Positions 27,828 to 38,767 of a DNA stretch of 64,000 nucleotides are shown one piece after another (within the stretch, counting starts at the first letter, position 1; each line of letters starts with the position of its first letter). A program made the translations under genes and the position numbers. Location of the stretch: positions 101,922-165,921 of IMG/VR virus record IMGVR_UViG_3300027193_000501; one strand, written 5' to 3'. The notes under the pieces were generated by a model that was not told the DNA's origin, made no database searches, and was given only the letters and a program-made list of their open reading frames with translations. Origin of the DNA: a virus (taxonomy: Duplodnaviria; Caudoviricetes).

Positions 27828-28076
27828 ATGTTGCCTATAATCAGTGTATTAATTTTATCTTCCTTAAACCCGATTAAGAATTTCGTATCATTAAAAACTT
27901 ATATCTCTGAGAATGCTAAGATTCATTGTCAAGTATATTTTATTGATGAAAATATCGCAGACTATCCTAGAGTAAATATAATCGAAAAATCCAAAGATGA
28001 TTTTTTTATATATCTAGATTCTATTGGGGTAGAACACAAACAACTAGGCGGATACTATTTTTTTAAGAAGAAATAA
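27828..28076 (+). CDS. Hypothetical protein
   Basis: TATAAT just upstream of ATG. Confidence 0.5.
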   Translation: MLPIISVLILSSLNPIKNFVSLKTYISENAKIHCQVYFIDENIADYPRVNIIEKSKDDFFIYLDSIGVEHKQLGGYYFFKKK

Positions 28077-28177
28077 TTCACAATGATGTATATTATTTTA
28101 TTTGATATTATTGTAACAATTGTTATACTTTTTGTTATTACTAGGTTGAAATCTAGATTGCGGTGATATAATACCTT

Positions 28178-29074
28178 ATGAACCTCTCCTTGTGTTGTAT
28201 ATCTAATGTCTTGGCTGAACAGGGATATAAATTCCGCACCATGACATATAAATCTTTTTCTTCCAAACCGAGAGAGGAATCATTAGAAAAGTTATCTTCT
28301 ATAATAAGTAATAATTTTTCTGTTGCTGAGAAGATAGTAAAGCATTGTTCTTCTTCTGGTATTAAAGGTTATCGTTTGTCTTCTGATTTATGTCCAGTAA
28401 TTAAGCATCCTGATGTTATGTTAAATTTAGAAGATTTGCCTAACTATGGATTTATTAAGTATGAGATAGATAAATTAAAAAGAACTATTAAAGAAACAGG
28501 TATTCGTGTTTCTGCTCATCCATCAGAATATATTACTCTTACTTCTGATGACCCTGTGAAAGTAAATCATTCTATTGTTGATTTGGAATTTCATGGGGAG
28601 ATATTTGATAGATTAGAATTATCCCAAACGTATTATAATCCACTTAATATCCATGTACGAAAAGAAGGCGAAGCAGATGCATTAGCCAAAACATTCATGG
28701 ATAATTATAATAAGTTATCTGACAGTGTAAAGAATAGACTTGTATTAGAAAATAATGATACAGGTAATACTTGGACTGTTGCTAATCTAAAGAAATATTT
28801 TTATTCTTCTCACGGTATTCCAGTAACATTTGATAATTTACATCACGAAATGTTAAATCATGGAACATCTTATTATGATGCTTTTTATGATGCTCTTTCT
28901 ACTTGGACAGTTCAGCCTTTATTCCATTACAGTGAAGGAAAGAACGGTACAAGAGCGCACAAGGATATGGCGGAGCATTTACCTACACATTATGATGAAG
29001 ATGTAATGTTTGATGTAGAGCTTAAGAGTAAAGACTATGCTATACTGGATATGTTGAGGAAAAACAATGGATAA
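28178..29074 (+). CDS. uvsE: UV-damage endonuclease (UvsE/UvdE)
   Basis: YRLSSDL.P, RVSAHP, LNIH, RLVLEN, FDNLHH, PLFHYSE, AH, DVELKSKD. Confidence 0.92.
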   Translation: MNLSLCCISNVLAEQGYKFRTMTYKSFSSKPREESLEKLSSIISNNFSVAEKIVKHCSSSGIKGYRLSSDLCPVIKHPDVMLNLEDLPNYGFIKYEIDKLKRTIKETGIRVSAHPSEYITLTSDDPVKVNHSIVDLEFHGEIFDRLELSQTYYNPLNIHVRKEGEADALAKTFMDNYNKLSDSVKNRLVLENNDTGNTWTVANLKKYFYSSHGIPVTFDNLHHEMLNHGTSYYDAFYDALSTWTVQPLFHYSEGKNGTRAHKDMAEHLPTHYDEDVMFDVELKSKDYAILDMLRKNNG

Positions 29075-29288
29075 AGTAATCTCGCAGTTAAAATCTTTTG
29101 ATATCGTAAATAAGAATGAAGGTTTACAGACACAATCTATTTCATTCAGAGACAAAGATAATAATCTCCATATGATGATTCGAAATAGGATGACTTTTGA
29201 TTCCTGTTCTCTTTATAGCAATGTGGATGGTGAGAATGTTAATATTGTAATTCCTAGAATCCATTTTGACACATATTGGAATTTCTAA
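29067..29288 (+). CDS. Hypothetical protein
   Basis: RBS gagga. Confidence 0.55.
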   Translation: MDKVISQLKSFDIVNKNEGLQTQSISFRDKDNNLHMMIRNRMTFDSCSLYSNVDGENVNIVIPRIHFDTYWNF

Positions 29289-29802
29289 TGTGGATATTAC
29301 ATTAAAAGAATTATATGATAGATTAAATAATGAACCTTGGGGATGGGCAGTCTCTCCTATTTTAAATACAATAGGCGGGTCAGGCTTATTCCCCACTGTT
29401 GCTTTCTTCTTGTTAAAAGAACATAAAGCAATATTAGGTTTAGGCGATAGAAATGAATCATCTGTCTTCGCATTACCAGATTTAGATTTGTCATCCACAG
29501 AAGCAACAAAATTATCTGTAAATATGATGCAGTTAACCGCATTTGAAAAAGAAGCAGACGGTGTTGCTATTATTGGTGTGGGATACAAAGACGATGATAC
29601 AGAAGAATATACCGCTTATTGTAGAATAGAAATGCCTAACAAACATTATTTATCTAAAACAAACAGCAATATAAAGAATAATAAATTAATATTCAACTTA
29701 TCTAATCTATTCAATTTTATCGAATATGATAATTTAAACTTAGATATGACATACTCCAGAATATTACCAAATAACTATATTGAAATAAATCCAGAAATTT
29801 GA
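29266..29802 (+). CDS. Hypothetical protein
   Basis: Long ORF, start uncertain. Confidence 0.55.
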   Translation: MTHIGISNVDITLKELYDRLNNEPWGWAVSPILNTIGGSGLFPTVAFFLLKEHKAILGLGDRNESSVFALPDLDLSSTEATKLSVNMMQLTAFEKEADGVAIIGVGYKDDDTEEYTAYCRIEMPNKHYLSKTNSNIKNNKLIFNLSNLFNFIEYDNLNLDMTYSRILPNNYIEINPEI

Positions 29803-29808
29803 TACACT

Positions 29809-30045
29809 ATGCAAGAATACAAATTCTTAGTGGCTGGAACTATGAAGTCTAATCTAAAACCTCATAAAGACGAAAATGGGAATGTTATGTTAGAAGATGA
29901 ATGTGGGAATTTATATCTCCCATGCTTAGGTGTAGTAAAATTAGATTCAAATAATAAAGAACATTTTATTAATGAATCTATACTAAACTCTATTGGTCTT
30001 GAATCAATAGAATATAATCAGAAAACAGGAATCTATGGGAAATAA
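29809..30045 (+). CDS. Hypothetical protein
   Basis: Operon ORF. Confidence 0.5.
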   Translation: MQEYKFLVAGTMKSNLKPHKDENGNVMLEDECGNLYLPCLGVVKLDSNNKEHFINESILNSIGLESIEYNQKTGIYGK

Positions 30046-30397
30046 TTATATCACTTACAATTCAAAAGGTGCTAAACCACAACCTGAAAGAATCGGAACT
30101 CATGCTAAACTAAATAGAGTAAGATTAATTTATAACCAAAGAGTTCGTGAATTAAATTATAATAACGTTTCTGTATGCGATGTTATTACACAGAATGGCT
30201 ACGTTATATCTTATCATAATCTACTAACAATTTTATCAAGAGGAACGATGAACGCAAATCATATTAAACAATTGGCAAAAGCAATACAAGTAGATGAACA
30301 TATGCTAGCAGAAGCCTGTATTAAAACATACAATAATTGGAAAAATAAAATAGTAGAAGACTATGGTGATGTTGACCAGTTTATAGATAACTTTTAA
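30035..30397 (+). CDS. Putative HTH-type DNA-binding protein
   Basis: XRE-like pattern (ISYHNLLTILSRG...IKQLAKAIQVD). Confidence 0.4.
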   Translation: MGNNYITYNSKGAKPQPERIGTHAKLNRVRLIYNQRVRELNYNNVSVCDVITQNGYVISYHNLLTILSRGTMNANHIKQLAKAIQVDEHMLAEACIKTYNNWKNKIVEDYGDVDQFIDNF

Positions 30398-30490
30398 ATT
30401 ATAAGAGAGACAATAATATGTCTCTCTTTTTTTGTCCCTACCTTGCAATGTGTAGCATATGTGGTAATATATGTGTGAAGGGATTTTATT

Positions 30491-32491
30491 ATGATAGCAG
30501 AAACAACCAACAATGTTATTATTCGTAGTAACAATAGCGTAGAGACATTTTTCTCCATTAAAGAAGAGAATACAGCGCATATTTTCTCAATTCTCAGGGG
30601 ACAACTATATTCTGATAAGATAATGGCTATTATTCGTGAATACAGCACGAATGCCTTAGATGCTCATGTTGCTTCTGGTATTACAAAGCCTATCAACATT
30701 AGCCTACCGTCTTATTGGGGCGATGGTAAGTTTGTAGTTCGTGATTATGGCACTGGTTTGTCCGATGATGATATTAAAAATGTCTTTGCATCCTATGGCG
30801 AATCTACAAAGCGAAATACAAATAATCAAGTAGGTATGCTTGGTCTGGGTAGTAAATCCGCTTTTGCATATACTAGCACATTCCTTATTACCTCTTATCA
30901 CAATGGTATTAAAAATGTATACAATGCTTTTATCGATGAATCCAATAAAGGTGTAGTATCGCTCGTTTCATCTTCCGAAACAGATGAAACTGGATTAGAA
31001 ATTACAATCCCAATAAAAGCACAAGACGCTAAAATATTATCTGATAAATGTTATTTCTTCTTCCGATATTGGGATAATATTCCTACCTTCAATAATGATA
31101 ATATCGTCCGGCAGATTAACACATTCAAGTCTTCATTCAAAACCCTAGAAGGCAATAACTGGTATATTGTTAAAAAGCACTATGGTGAACCGACTCTTAT
31201 CGTTCATATGGGAAATATCGCTTATCCTGTATCTACTGAAAATATTAATCTAGAATCTGATGATAGAAAAATATTAGACCAAAACGGTTACACTATTCAT
31301 CTTAAAGCAGAAATTGGTGATGTTACAAATTCAGCGTCTAGGGAATCATTAGAATTAAATGATAAAACCCAAAAATGGATTATCAACGCTATCAATAATA
31401 TCAACGTGGAAGTGCAAAAAGTAATACAGCAGAAGGTTACTAAATGCCGTAGTATCTTTGAAGCAAAATCAATCTATTATGATGTTTCGTTTGCAAGTAT
31501 GGGAATTCCGTCTTATAAATATAATGCTCATACTATAACAAATAATAATCTTTCATTAGACGGAGCGAAAGTAAAAGTATATTATAGTACTCTTGCTAAT
31601 CGGGCTAGAATTCAAAAATATATTATTTGCCAATCGAATACAGTCTATTATGTTGCTAGTCCTTGTACTCCAGAATATACTATTAAACAAAGATTAATCC
31701 AACATCTAGGTGATAGTGAAAAGCCTACATTAATATATTTCTCATCTGATGCAAAAGCGCAAGAATTTATTAATAGTCCAGATATGATTGGAGCAAATCT
31801 AGTTCATGTCAAAACCTTACCTGCTGTTCAATCGGTCAAATCCAAAACACCGAGAGTAGCAATGGCAGATGCAGAATATTATTCTTTCAATAGATATGGT
31901 AGTACTAACAGCGACCATTGGAAAGTTGCGAAAGAAGTAGACTTGGATGAACAGCGAATTTATGTTGTTATTTCCAGATTCTCCCCTGAACGCAACGGAT
32001 TGAAATTTGATATCACTAACAGCACTATTAACGATTTAGAACAATATGGTATTAAAAATATCATCGGTGTTAAACCAAAACATATTAAATCTGTAGGTGA
32101 TTCTTGGCTTAGTCTTACAGAAGCGTTAAAGAAAAGTGCAGACGAACTATATTATAATAATGAACAGGAGATTAATAAACTCTTAGAAGCAGAACGTGTA
32201 GATGATTTATTCAAGTCCATTCATAGATATAAAACGTCAAATACTAGTATCACAAATCCTGAATTGAAATATATTATGGAATTGCTTGATTTCGCTGATA
32301 ATGATTACAAAAGCGCAAATGCTCTTCATAATATTAAAATGATAAAAGCGTATATTAATTATAATATTCCATACGAACCTTACATTGTTAAAGAAAAACA
32401 AGAAGTTCTAATGAAGGATGAAAAGATTAATATTATCTCCCAATACATTAGAAGCCCATTTTCAATATATAATCAAATAATGGAAATGTAA
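30491..32491 (+). CDS. rIIA: rIIA-like protein (GHKL ATPase N-terminus)
   Basis: LYSDKIMAIIREYSTNALDAH, RDYGTGL, STKR...GMLGLGSKSAFAY; adjacent rIIB. Confidence 0.85.
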   Translation: MIAETTNNVIIRSNNSVETFFSIKEENTAHIFSILRGQLYSDKIMAIIREYSTNALDAHVASGITKPINISLPSYWGDGKFVVRDYGTGLSDDDIKNVFASYGESTKRNTNNQVGMLGLGSKSAFAYTSTFLITSYHNGIKNVYNAFIDESNKGVVSLVSSSETDETGLEITIPIKAQDAKILSDKCYFFFRYWDNIPTFNNDNIVRQINTFKSSFKTLEGNNWYIVKKHYGEPTLIVHMGNIAYPVSTENINLESDDRKILDQNGYTIHLKAEIGDVTNSASRESLELNDKTQKWIINAINNINVEVQKVIQQKVTKCRSIFEAKSIYYDVSFASMGIPSYKYNAHTITNNNLSLDGAKVKVYYSTLANRARIQKYIICQSNTVYYVASPCTPEYTIKQRLIQHLGDSEKPTLIYFSSDAKAQEFINSPDMIGANLVHVKTLPAVQSVKSKTPRVAMADAEYYSFNRYGSTNSDHWKVAKEVDLDEQRIYVVISRFSPERNGLKFDITNSTINDLEQYGIKNIIGVKPKHIKSVGDSWLSLTEALKKSADELYYNNEQEINKLLEAERVDDLFKSIHRYKTSNTSITNPELKYIMELLDFADNDYKSANALHNIKMIKAYINYNIPYEPYIVKEKQEVLMKDEKINIISQYIRSPFSIYNQIMEM

Positions 32492-32558
32492 CAAATGATG
32501 ACAGGAGGGCTTGCATCCCTCCTGTCATATGATATACTATTCTTGAAAGGAAATTAGT

Positions 32559-33830
32559 ATGGAACCTTCATTCACTTGTAATCCCGCCCCATCATCCGGA
32601 TTCCTCACCGTGTTCATTGATTCTGAACAGTACACCATTACAGCGGAGAACGTAAACTTTCGTAATGCTATCAAGTTTCTCTCCGAAAAGAATTGGGAGG
32701 AACTGAAATTCGTTCTCAACCCTACTCTTAAGTTTAATTCCCTCTACGCACAATATGAGAATATTATTGTTAAAGACGGCAATGTAACAATCGATGGGGA
32801 AATGGTAAACGGCATTATCGCATCTCGTATTATTAATCTCATGGCTAATAATATCGACTGTACACCGATTTTCAAGTTCATGACCCGACTACAATTAAAT
32901 CCTAGCAAAAGAGCAGTGGATGAATTGTATACATTCTTAGAGCATAGGAATTTGCCCATTACATCCAATGGCACAATTCAAGCCTACAAAGCAGTGAGAG
33001 CAAATTACACCGATTGTCATACTGGAACGTTTAATAATACGGTTGGTAATACTCTTCAAATGCCTCGTAACAAGGTCGATGATAACAAGGACGTAGGATG
33101 CTCCCACGGCTTCCATGCAGGGACATTTGATTACGCCAAAGACTTTATGCCTGAAGGCGGTCATCTGCTCATCGTGGAAATCGACCCTGCTGATGTTGTA
33201 AGTATTCCAACAGATTGTAATTTCCAGAAATTGCGTACCTGTAAATATAAGGTTACACAAGAATATAATGTAACCTTGGATGAAAATAAAATTCAGGATT
33301 CATATCTGGAAACAGACAATGATACTTATGTTAATCAGAAATGGGAAAACAAACCATTAATGATGGATGTAATATCTGTATCCGATGTTGTTAATCTTCT
33401 TGACAAATGGGGAGAAGATGAAGCAGTACAAGATATTAAAAAAATATCCCCGACAGAAGATGTAATGCCTCTGGGTGTATTAAAAGATACTATATCTGAA
33501 AACCTCTTTGATGAACTAATGGAAGAATTCGAGGAGCAAGACCCTGAAGAATTCGAGCCGGAAGAACAAGACTCCGAGGAATTCGAGGATGATGAGGATG
33601 AGGATTCTTACGAGGAGATTACTGTAGACCTATCATCTCATATTGATATGAAGGCTACATTAAAGAACCTTGATGAAGCACAATATGTTAAGCTGAAGAA
33701 CGCATTGGAAAAGGAATACAAAGATTTCGAGTCTGTTCAAATGGGAGAAGTATTAAAATATATTGATTCCATCTATGACGATTCAGATTATATTTTCGAT
33801 ATCCTTCTGCAATATAAAGTAGACGCATAA
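32559..33830 (+). CDS. rIIB: rIIB-like protein with acidic tail
   Basis: NPS..AV.ELY.FL, AYKAV, CSHGFHAG, DPADVVSIP.D...KLRTCKY.V. Confidence 0.85.
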   Translation: MEPSFTCNPAPSSGFLTVFIDSEQYTITAENVNFRNAIKFLSEKNWEELKFVLNPTLKFNSLYAQYENIIVKDGNVTIDGEMVNGIIASRIINLMANNIDCTPIFKFMTRLQLNPSKRAVDELYTFLEHRNLPITSNGTIQAYKAVRANYTDCHTGTFNNTVGNTLQMPRNKVDDNKDVGCSHGFHAGTFDYAKDFMPEGGHLLIVEIDPADVVSIPTDCNFQKLRTCKYKVTQEYNVTLDENKIQDSYLETDNDTYVNQKWENKPLMMDVISVSDVVNLLDKWGEDEAVQDIKKISPTEDVMPLGVLKDTISENLFDELMEEFEEQDPEEFEPEEQDSEEFEDDEDEDSYEEITVDLSSHIDMKATLKNLDEAQYVKLKNALEKEYKDFESVQMGEVLKYIDSIYDDSDYIFDILLQYKVDA

Positions 33831-33884
33831 AGAATTTCGAGGGAGATTGCTTGCAGTCTCCCTCTTTCCATGTTACACTACATT

Positions 33885-34253
33885 ATGATTCACTACCTCA
33901 AGAACTATGATACTAGCCTTGAAGAACGCAAGGATGATATAGAATATTTAAAATCTTATGTTCTAGACACATCCAAGTTGTATCATGTAGCGTCAGGTAA
34001 TATAGCCTTCCCTGAGAACGACATCATATCCCCGAAGAGATTGTGGATTGAATCACTATGCCTCTTCACCGATTCAGACATCCCGTTCTATGAAAGAAAT
34101 ATAATCACCCTATACCATTCCAACCCAATAGGAATTAAATATGGTGATGTGATTGGGAATAATAAAATAGGATACGCTCTACGAATCCCATACCCAAATA
34201 TATTCTTCCCAATTAAAATGATAGATTTCTCATTCGACCCTTGCAACCTGTAG
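33885..34253 (+). CDS. Hypothetical protein (leaderless)
   Basis: TTGCAG-N17-TACACT-5nt-ATG. Confidence 0.55.
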   Translation: MIHYLKNYDTSLEERKDDIEYLKSYVLDTSKLYHVASGNIAFPENDIISPKRLWIESLCLFTDSDIPFYERNIITLYHSNPIGIKYGDVIGNNKIGYALRIPYPNIFFPIKMIDFSFDPCNL

Positions 34254-34284
34254 CATATGTGATAATATATGTGTGGAGGAAATA

Positions 34285-34974
34285 ATGGAACCAAATCAAA
34301 ACATCATCGAGAAGATTAAGAAACTACTCGCCCTTTCAGCATCCCCTAATGAGAACGAAGCATCCACCGCCCTGAGAATGGCAATGGATATGCTCTCTAA
34401 ACATAACCTCTCTATGACAGAAATCAACGTAGAGAAAAAAGAATCTGTAGAACACGAAGAAGTAAAGTTCACCGGCAAGAGATTTTCTACATGGCGAACA
34501 GAATTGCTTAACTCTGTATCTGATGCTCACTATTGTCACATCCTAAAAGTATCTGGCACTGGAGTATATTATATTATCGGCAAGCAAACGAACAGACAAG
34601 CAACTATCTTGATGTTTACATACTTAGCCAATGTTGTAGAATTTGAATGCAAAAGTCATATGGCTAGCCTGTCCCTTACCAAACAAGAAGGCAAGACATA
34701 TGCTAACAGTTTCAAACTAGGCATGGTTCATAGACTACGACAAAGATTGATGGAAAAGAAGAATTCTATTATCTTAGAGTCAAAGTCCAATGCTCTTATT
34801 AAAGTAGACCCATATACGCTTTCTAAGGCTGAAAACAACGACTACATAAGAAGCAAGTTTAGAGTAACACAACAGCAGGAGAGCAACAGTAGAATCAACG
34901 GTAGTGCTTATGCTCAAGGCGATAGAGCAGGTAATAGAGTTGGGCTTAATGGCTCTAGAGCGATAACAGCTTAA
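34285..34974 (+). CDS. DUF2786-domain protein
   Basis: IEKIKKLLALS.SPNENEA..A...A..ML.KHNL; ends AY..G..AG..V.L. Confidence 0.82.
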   Translation: MEPNQNIIEKIKKLLALSASPNENEASTALRMAMDMLSKHNLSMTEINVEKKESVEHEEVKFTGKRFSTWRTELLNSVSDAHYCHILKVSGTGVYYIIGKQTNRQATILMFTYLANVVEFECKSHMASLSLTKQEGKTYANSFKLGMVHRLRQRLMEKKNSIILESKSNALIKVDPYTLSKAENNDYIRSKFRVTQQQESNSRINGSAYAQGDRAGNRVGLNGSRAITA

Positions 34975-35084
34975 TAATAAAAACCTAATAGAAGGAGAGG
35001 CTAATACCCTCTCCTTATTTTTTTTAAAGGATTATTCCCTAAGCAACAGCCAAAAATAACAATATTACTCTTTGGAGATTACAT

Positions 35085-36041
35085 ATGGCTTTTGTATATG
35101 ACCCGGCAACAATATTATCAATCACTACAAATATAGGTAATGCGGATGCGACATTACAGGCAGAGGTTAATACTCTTCCTTCTACTTATATCATTGGAAC
35201 TGTATCTGTTAGTAATACAGTAGTAACAGGAACAGGAACAACATGGCAAGTATCACCCTTTTTATCAGGGGCTAGAATTGGATTCGGTAGTACTAACCCA
35301 GATTTAATTTCTACTTGGTATGATGTAACAGTGATTAATACAAATACACAAATCACATTATTATCCTCTGCTGGTATTATTGGTTCTGGTTCCTCCTATG
35401 TATTACAACAGAAAAGAAGCGGATTAAAGCTTGGAACTGAAAATAGATTAACAGTAGCAGATTGTATTGCTGATAATAATATTGTTAATGCTGATTTTGA
35501 TAGTAGCACAATATTAGCACAGAGCATGAGAACATCAGAAAACGCATTGTCCAGCACTTTGTCTTCTGTTTACGCATCTTATCAAACAGCATTAGATACA
35601 TATGTTAACGCTAATAAATCAGCAACAGTAAGAAATTATTATAATTCCTTATCCGTAGAAAGATCAGTAGCATTTACAGAAAATTATCGTAGTTTCTATA
35701 GAAGAATTAAATCAGAAGAATTGATTGTAAAATTATATTCTAATACCAAATCCGTAGGTGTCTGGGGTTCTACTGTTAACCACTACTCTACTACTAATAT
35801 GCTTGCTACTCTGCTGGAAGTTAGAACAGGGTCTCTCATCGGTGCTTCTGATGTTGTTGTTACCCTAGTGCCAATCAAATCAGATGGAACTAACGATTCA
35901 CCAAAGACTTTAAATATACCAGCAACAACAGCAAATAAAACTCAATACGCAATCAATGATACTACAAAATATAAAGGAATATTTTCTATTGGAATCACAG
36001 GCGGAACCAATGGAGATATTATTGAAGTTTGGATTAAATAA
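35085..36041 (+). CDS. Probable virion structural protein
   Basis: T/S/G-rich beta sequence, GTVSVSNTVVTGTGTTW. Confidence 0.5.
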   Translation: MAFVYDPATILSITTNIGNADATLQAEVNTLPSTYIIGTVSVSNTVVTGTGTTWQVSPFLSGARIGFGSTNPDLISTWYDVTVINTNTQITLLSSAGIIGSGSSYVLQQKRSGLKLGTENRLTVADCIADNNIVNADFDSSTILAQSMRTSENALSSTLSSVYASYQTALDTYVNANKSATVRNYYNSLSVERSVAFTENYRSFYRRIKSEELIVKLYSNTKSVGVWGSTVNHYSTTNMLATLLEVRTGSLIGASDVVVTLVPIKSDGTNDSPKTLNIPATTANKTQYAINDTTKYKGIFSIGITGGTNGDIIEVWIK

Positions 36042-36228
36042 AATAATATAGTATTACATCCTAAACCCTTATATTATTTTTAATATAGGGGTTTTTCTTT
36101 ACCTAACCACCAGCACAAAATAATACGAATATCTCAAAATATCTGCTAATTGTCCTTGCATTGTCTGTAGCATTTGATACTATAGGACATCCAACCAATC
36201 TGGGCGGAGAACTTTGGGAGAAAAAAAG

Positions 36229-36900
36229 ATGAGTAATATTTTGAGCGAAATGACTGCTCTTGTGGACTATAAGAAAAAAGTCCAAGACACGACGAAGAAG
36301 GCTGTAACTGAGATTAACACATTGGCTAGTGTTAACACAAATCTTTCACGTAGTCTTGATAAAATCCAGAGCAAAGCAGACAAGAAGAAGCAGACTATTC
36401 AACGGAACTACGAAAAGCAACTGTTGAATATTGATAGCGAATTCAAAACCAAAATCCAGACCATCAGCAAGCAGATTGAAGAAAATAAACTTACAATCAC
36501 TTCCCTCTATTCTGGTATTGAAAATCTCAACGGCAGTATTGGTTTCGTTACTAGCGTAGAACCAGCATCTGATACTACAGAAGCCAAGCCCCGCCAAAAG
36601 TATGTCCGATATCAGTCTCAACTAACAACACAAATGATTAAAAATATTATCATTGAACTTGTCAACAATGAAGAGAAAGGTGCTATCAAGATTAAGGTTG
36701 TTATGACCCAACTTGAAAAACGACACGGCAATATTATCACACATGAAGAACGTACGGGTGGTAGTAATAGCAGGTTGTATGGTCGTGTATATGCCATTCT
36801 GGGCAAAATGAGGAAAGATGGCGAACTATACAAGGGAACTGGCGATGGTATTGTTGTCCGGAAAGTTTCTTCATTGGAACCCTTGACAGAGACAGCCTAG
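36229..36900 (+). CDS. Coiled-coil protein with possible C-terminal winged helix
   Basis: Heptad N-terminal half; RVYAILGKMRKDGEL...GIV. Confidence 0.55.
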   Translation: MSNILSEMTALVDYKKKVQDTTKKAVTEINTLASVNTNLSRSLDKIQSKADKKKQTIQRNYEKQLLNIDSEFKTKIQTISKQIEENKLTITSLYSGIENLNGSIGFVTSVEPASDTTEAKPRQKYVRYQSQLTTQMIKNIIIELVNNEEKGAIKIKVVMTQLEKRHGNIITHEERTGGSNSRLYGRVYAILGKMRKDGELYKGTGDGIVVRKVSSLEPLTETA

Positions 36901-37030
36901 TCTGGTAATATTAGTTGTCGCTGATATACAAAATACTAAAAGAAAGTAAACCTTGCTTTAAAAGTTTTGTGCGATAAAATATCAGCGACAACTTTGGAAT
37001 GATGGTATAATAGATATGTAAGTTTGGTGA

Positions 37031-37112
37031 GGCACCTTGGCGAAATTGGCATATGCGACAGCCTTAAAAGTTGTTGGGGCAACCCATGAGAGTTCGACCC
37101 TCTCAGGTGCTA
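37031..37112 (+). tRNA. tRNA-Leu(TAA)
   Basis: Cloverleaf, ACAGC-CTTAAAA-GTTGT anticodon arm, long variable arm, GTTCGA T-loop. Confidence 0.88.
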
Positions 37113-37118
37113 TGGTTT

Positions 37119-37191
37119 GGGACGGTAACTCAGTGGCTAGAGTAGTCGCCTTTTAAGCGATTTGTCGTGGTTTCGAATACCACCCGTCCCA
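37119..37191 (+). tRNA. tRNA-Lys(TTT)
   Basis: GGGACGG/CCGTCCC acceptor stem, loop CTTTTAA. Confidence 0.9.
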
Positions 37192-37221
37192 TTGTTTGAT
37201 TAAATTCTTTGGGAGATTAAA

Positions 37222-37518
37222 ATGGAAGTTTCTTTTAGTACTTTGGAAGATTTAAATACAGGATTACAAGGAAAGATGGATGAAGCGAAACGTCTTCATA
37301 AATCAGATGGCTTGTATAATGCTGAAGATATTAAAGTATACGTTGATATGTATCGCAAGTCAATTGTAAAGCATCAAGGTTCTGACTTTGCTTCTGGAAG
37401 AGTCAATCCTAATCAACTTGTTAGTGGAGCCAACTCTTACTTTGGTAAGGTCTTTGAGGTTACTAGGGTAGATGAATTTGATGCCTATCCTACAGTATGG
37501 CTTAAAGAAGTAAAATAA
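37222..37518 (+). CDS. Hypothetical protein
   Basis: RBS gggag. Confidence 0.6.
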   Translation: MEVSFSTLEDLNTGLQGKMDEAKRLHKSDGLYNAEDIKVYVDMYRKSIVKHQGSDFASGRVNPNQLVSGANSYFGKVFEVTRVDEFDAYPTVWLKEVK

Positions 37519-37633
37519 TATCCCACTTTCGTTTGGTTTACTCTTTTTCCAAACGAATAAAAAATCCCCCATTTTGTGTATGTGATGGGGGATTTTTTCT
37601 TGACATCATTGTAGCAGATGATATACTATAGCC

Positions 37634-37900
37634 ATGAACACAAAACACCGCCTGACAGATGAGATGATTGGTTTGCTTCTCGTCTCCTCTATCACTCTCG
37701 TCTCTATTATTCTTTTGTCTTTAGAGATTAAGAAGACACAATCTATCGCCAGAGCATATTATTATAAATATACTTTGGAAACATCTGAGAATCGATATAT
37801 GCCGCAGATTGAAGATGCTCAAGTTATCAAATATCTTGATATCGAGAACCGAAAACAATTGGAAAATGATATCAAAAACTTGCAAGAGAACTATAGATAG
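37634..37900 (+). CDS. Single-TM hypothetical protein (leaderless)
   Basis: TTGACA-spacer-TATACT-6nt-ATG; N-terminal TM helix. Confidence 0.6.
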   Translation: MNTKHRLTDEMIGLLLVSSITLVSIILLSLEIKKTQSIARAYYYKYTLETSENRYMPQIEDAQVIKYLDIENRKQLENDIKNLQENYR

Positions 37901-37914
37901 GATAAGATTAGCAT

Positions 37915-38400
37915 ATGACAAACACCCCTACCTATAAAGTTGAAGTAGAGTTTGCTTGGAGTTATCCAAGCAAACCTATTCGAGTTATTAATAAATCAGG
38001 TTTACTACAGACAACAGAAACCGAAGATAGATTAATCGCTGAGAAGTTTATTAATTCTTTTATCAATGACTACAAGCATGGAATCTGTGAAGTTCGTGAT
38101 TTGAGAATCTTGTCCATTAAAAGAATATATACTTTTGATGACTGGATTGAAAAATATAATCCTGTTAAGAATGAATTTGAAAATACTAGTACATTGCAAG
38201 GCTTTGTGTTTGATTACACAGAGGAAGACCAATGGAAGTATATTAAAAAACAGAAAGCAGAAAACGTCTGGACTCTGGTTTGTACTGGAGACGATGATTA
38301 TATTATTCCCGGTCTTCATTGGGTAAATAGAGAAAATTATCTTATCTCAAACGTCCCTGTAAAAGACGAAGATAAATATCAGGAATTCCTTGTAATCTGA
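37915..38400 (+). CDS. Conserved hypothetical phage protein
   Basis: W..KY.P..N...VWTL......I.PG.HWVNR..Y.I. Confidence 0.65.
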   Translation: MTNTPTYKVEVEFAWSYPSKPIRVINKSGLLQTTETEDRLIAEKFINSFINDYKHGICEVRDLRILSIKRIYTFDDWIEKYNPVKNEFENTSTLQGFVFDYTEEDQWKYIKKQKAENVWTLVCTGDDDYIIPGLHWVNRENYLISNVPVKDEDKYQEFLVI

Positions 38401-38440
38401 TTAGCATATGATATACTACTCTTGAAAGGTTGGATAGACG

Positions 38441-38767
38441 ATGCAAACTTTTGTTAGAGGTATTGTTACTGTTCATTTTGAGTTAGAAATTGATACAGAT
38501 AAGTTTGAAGAGATTTGTGAAATTTTTTCATTAAAAGCCGAGAATCATCAATCATTTACAGCAGACGATTGGGTGAAGATTCGTAAAGAATTCTTAGATA
38601 CCTGTATTGATAATGAACTGCACCTTTCATACAACGACATTCACGACTATTCTAGGATGAGTGTAGACGAGGTTGCTATTGAACTAAAAGGCGATGTTAC
38701 AGCAGTTCAATACGATGTAGAAAATAAAGTAGATTCTGTTTACATTAACGACGAACAGATTATATAG
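38441..38767 (+). CDS. Hypothetical protein
   Basis: Own promoter and RBS. Confidence 0.6.
   Translation: MQTFVRGIVTVHFELEIDTDKFEEICEIFSLKAENHQSFTADDWVKIRKEFLDTCIDNELHLSYNDIHDYSRMSVDEVAIELKGDVTAVQYDVENKVDSVYINDEQII

Noticed and set aside
33520-33615. Short repeats in rIIB as a separate repeat element
   Set aside because: They encode an acidic EEFE low-complexity linker; noted only as part of the TTCGAG bias
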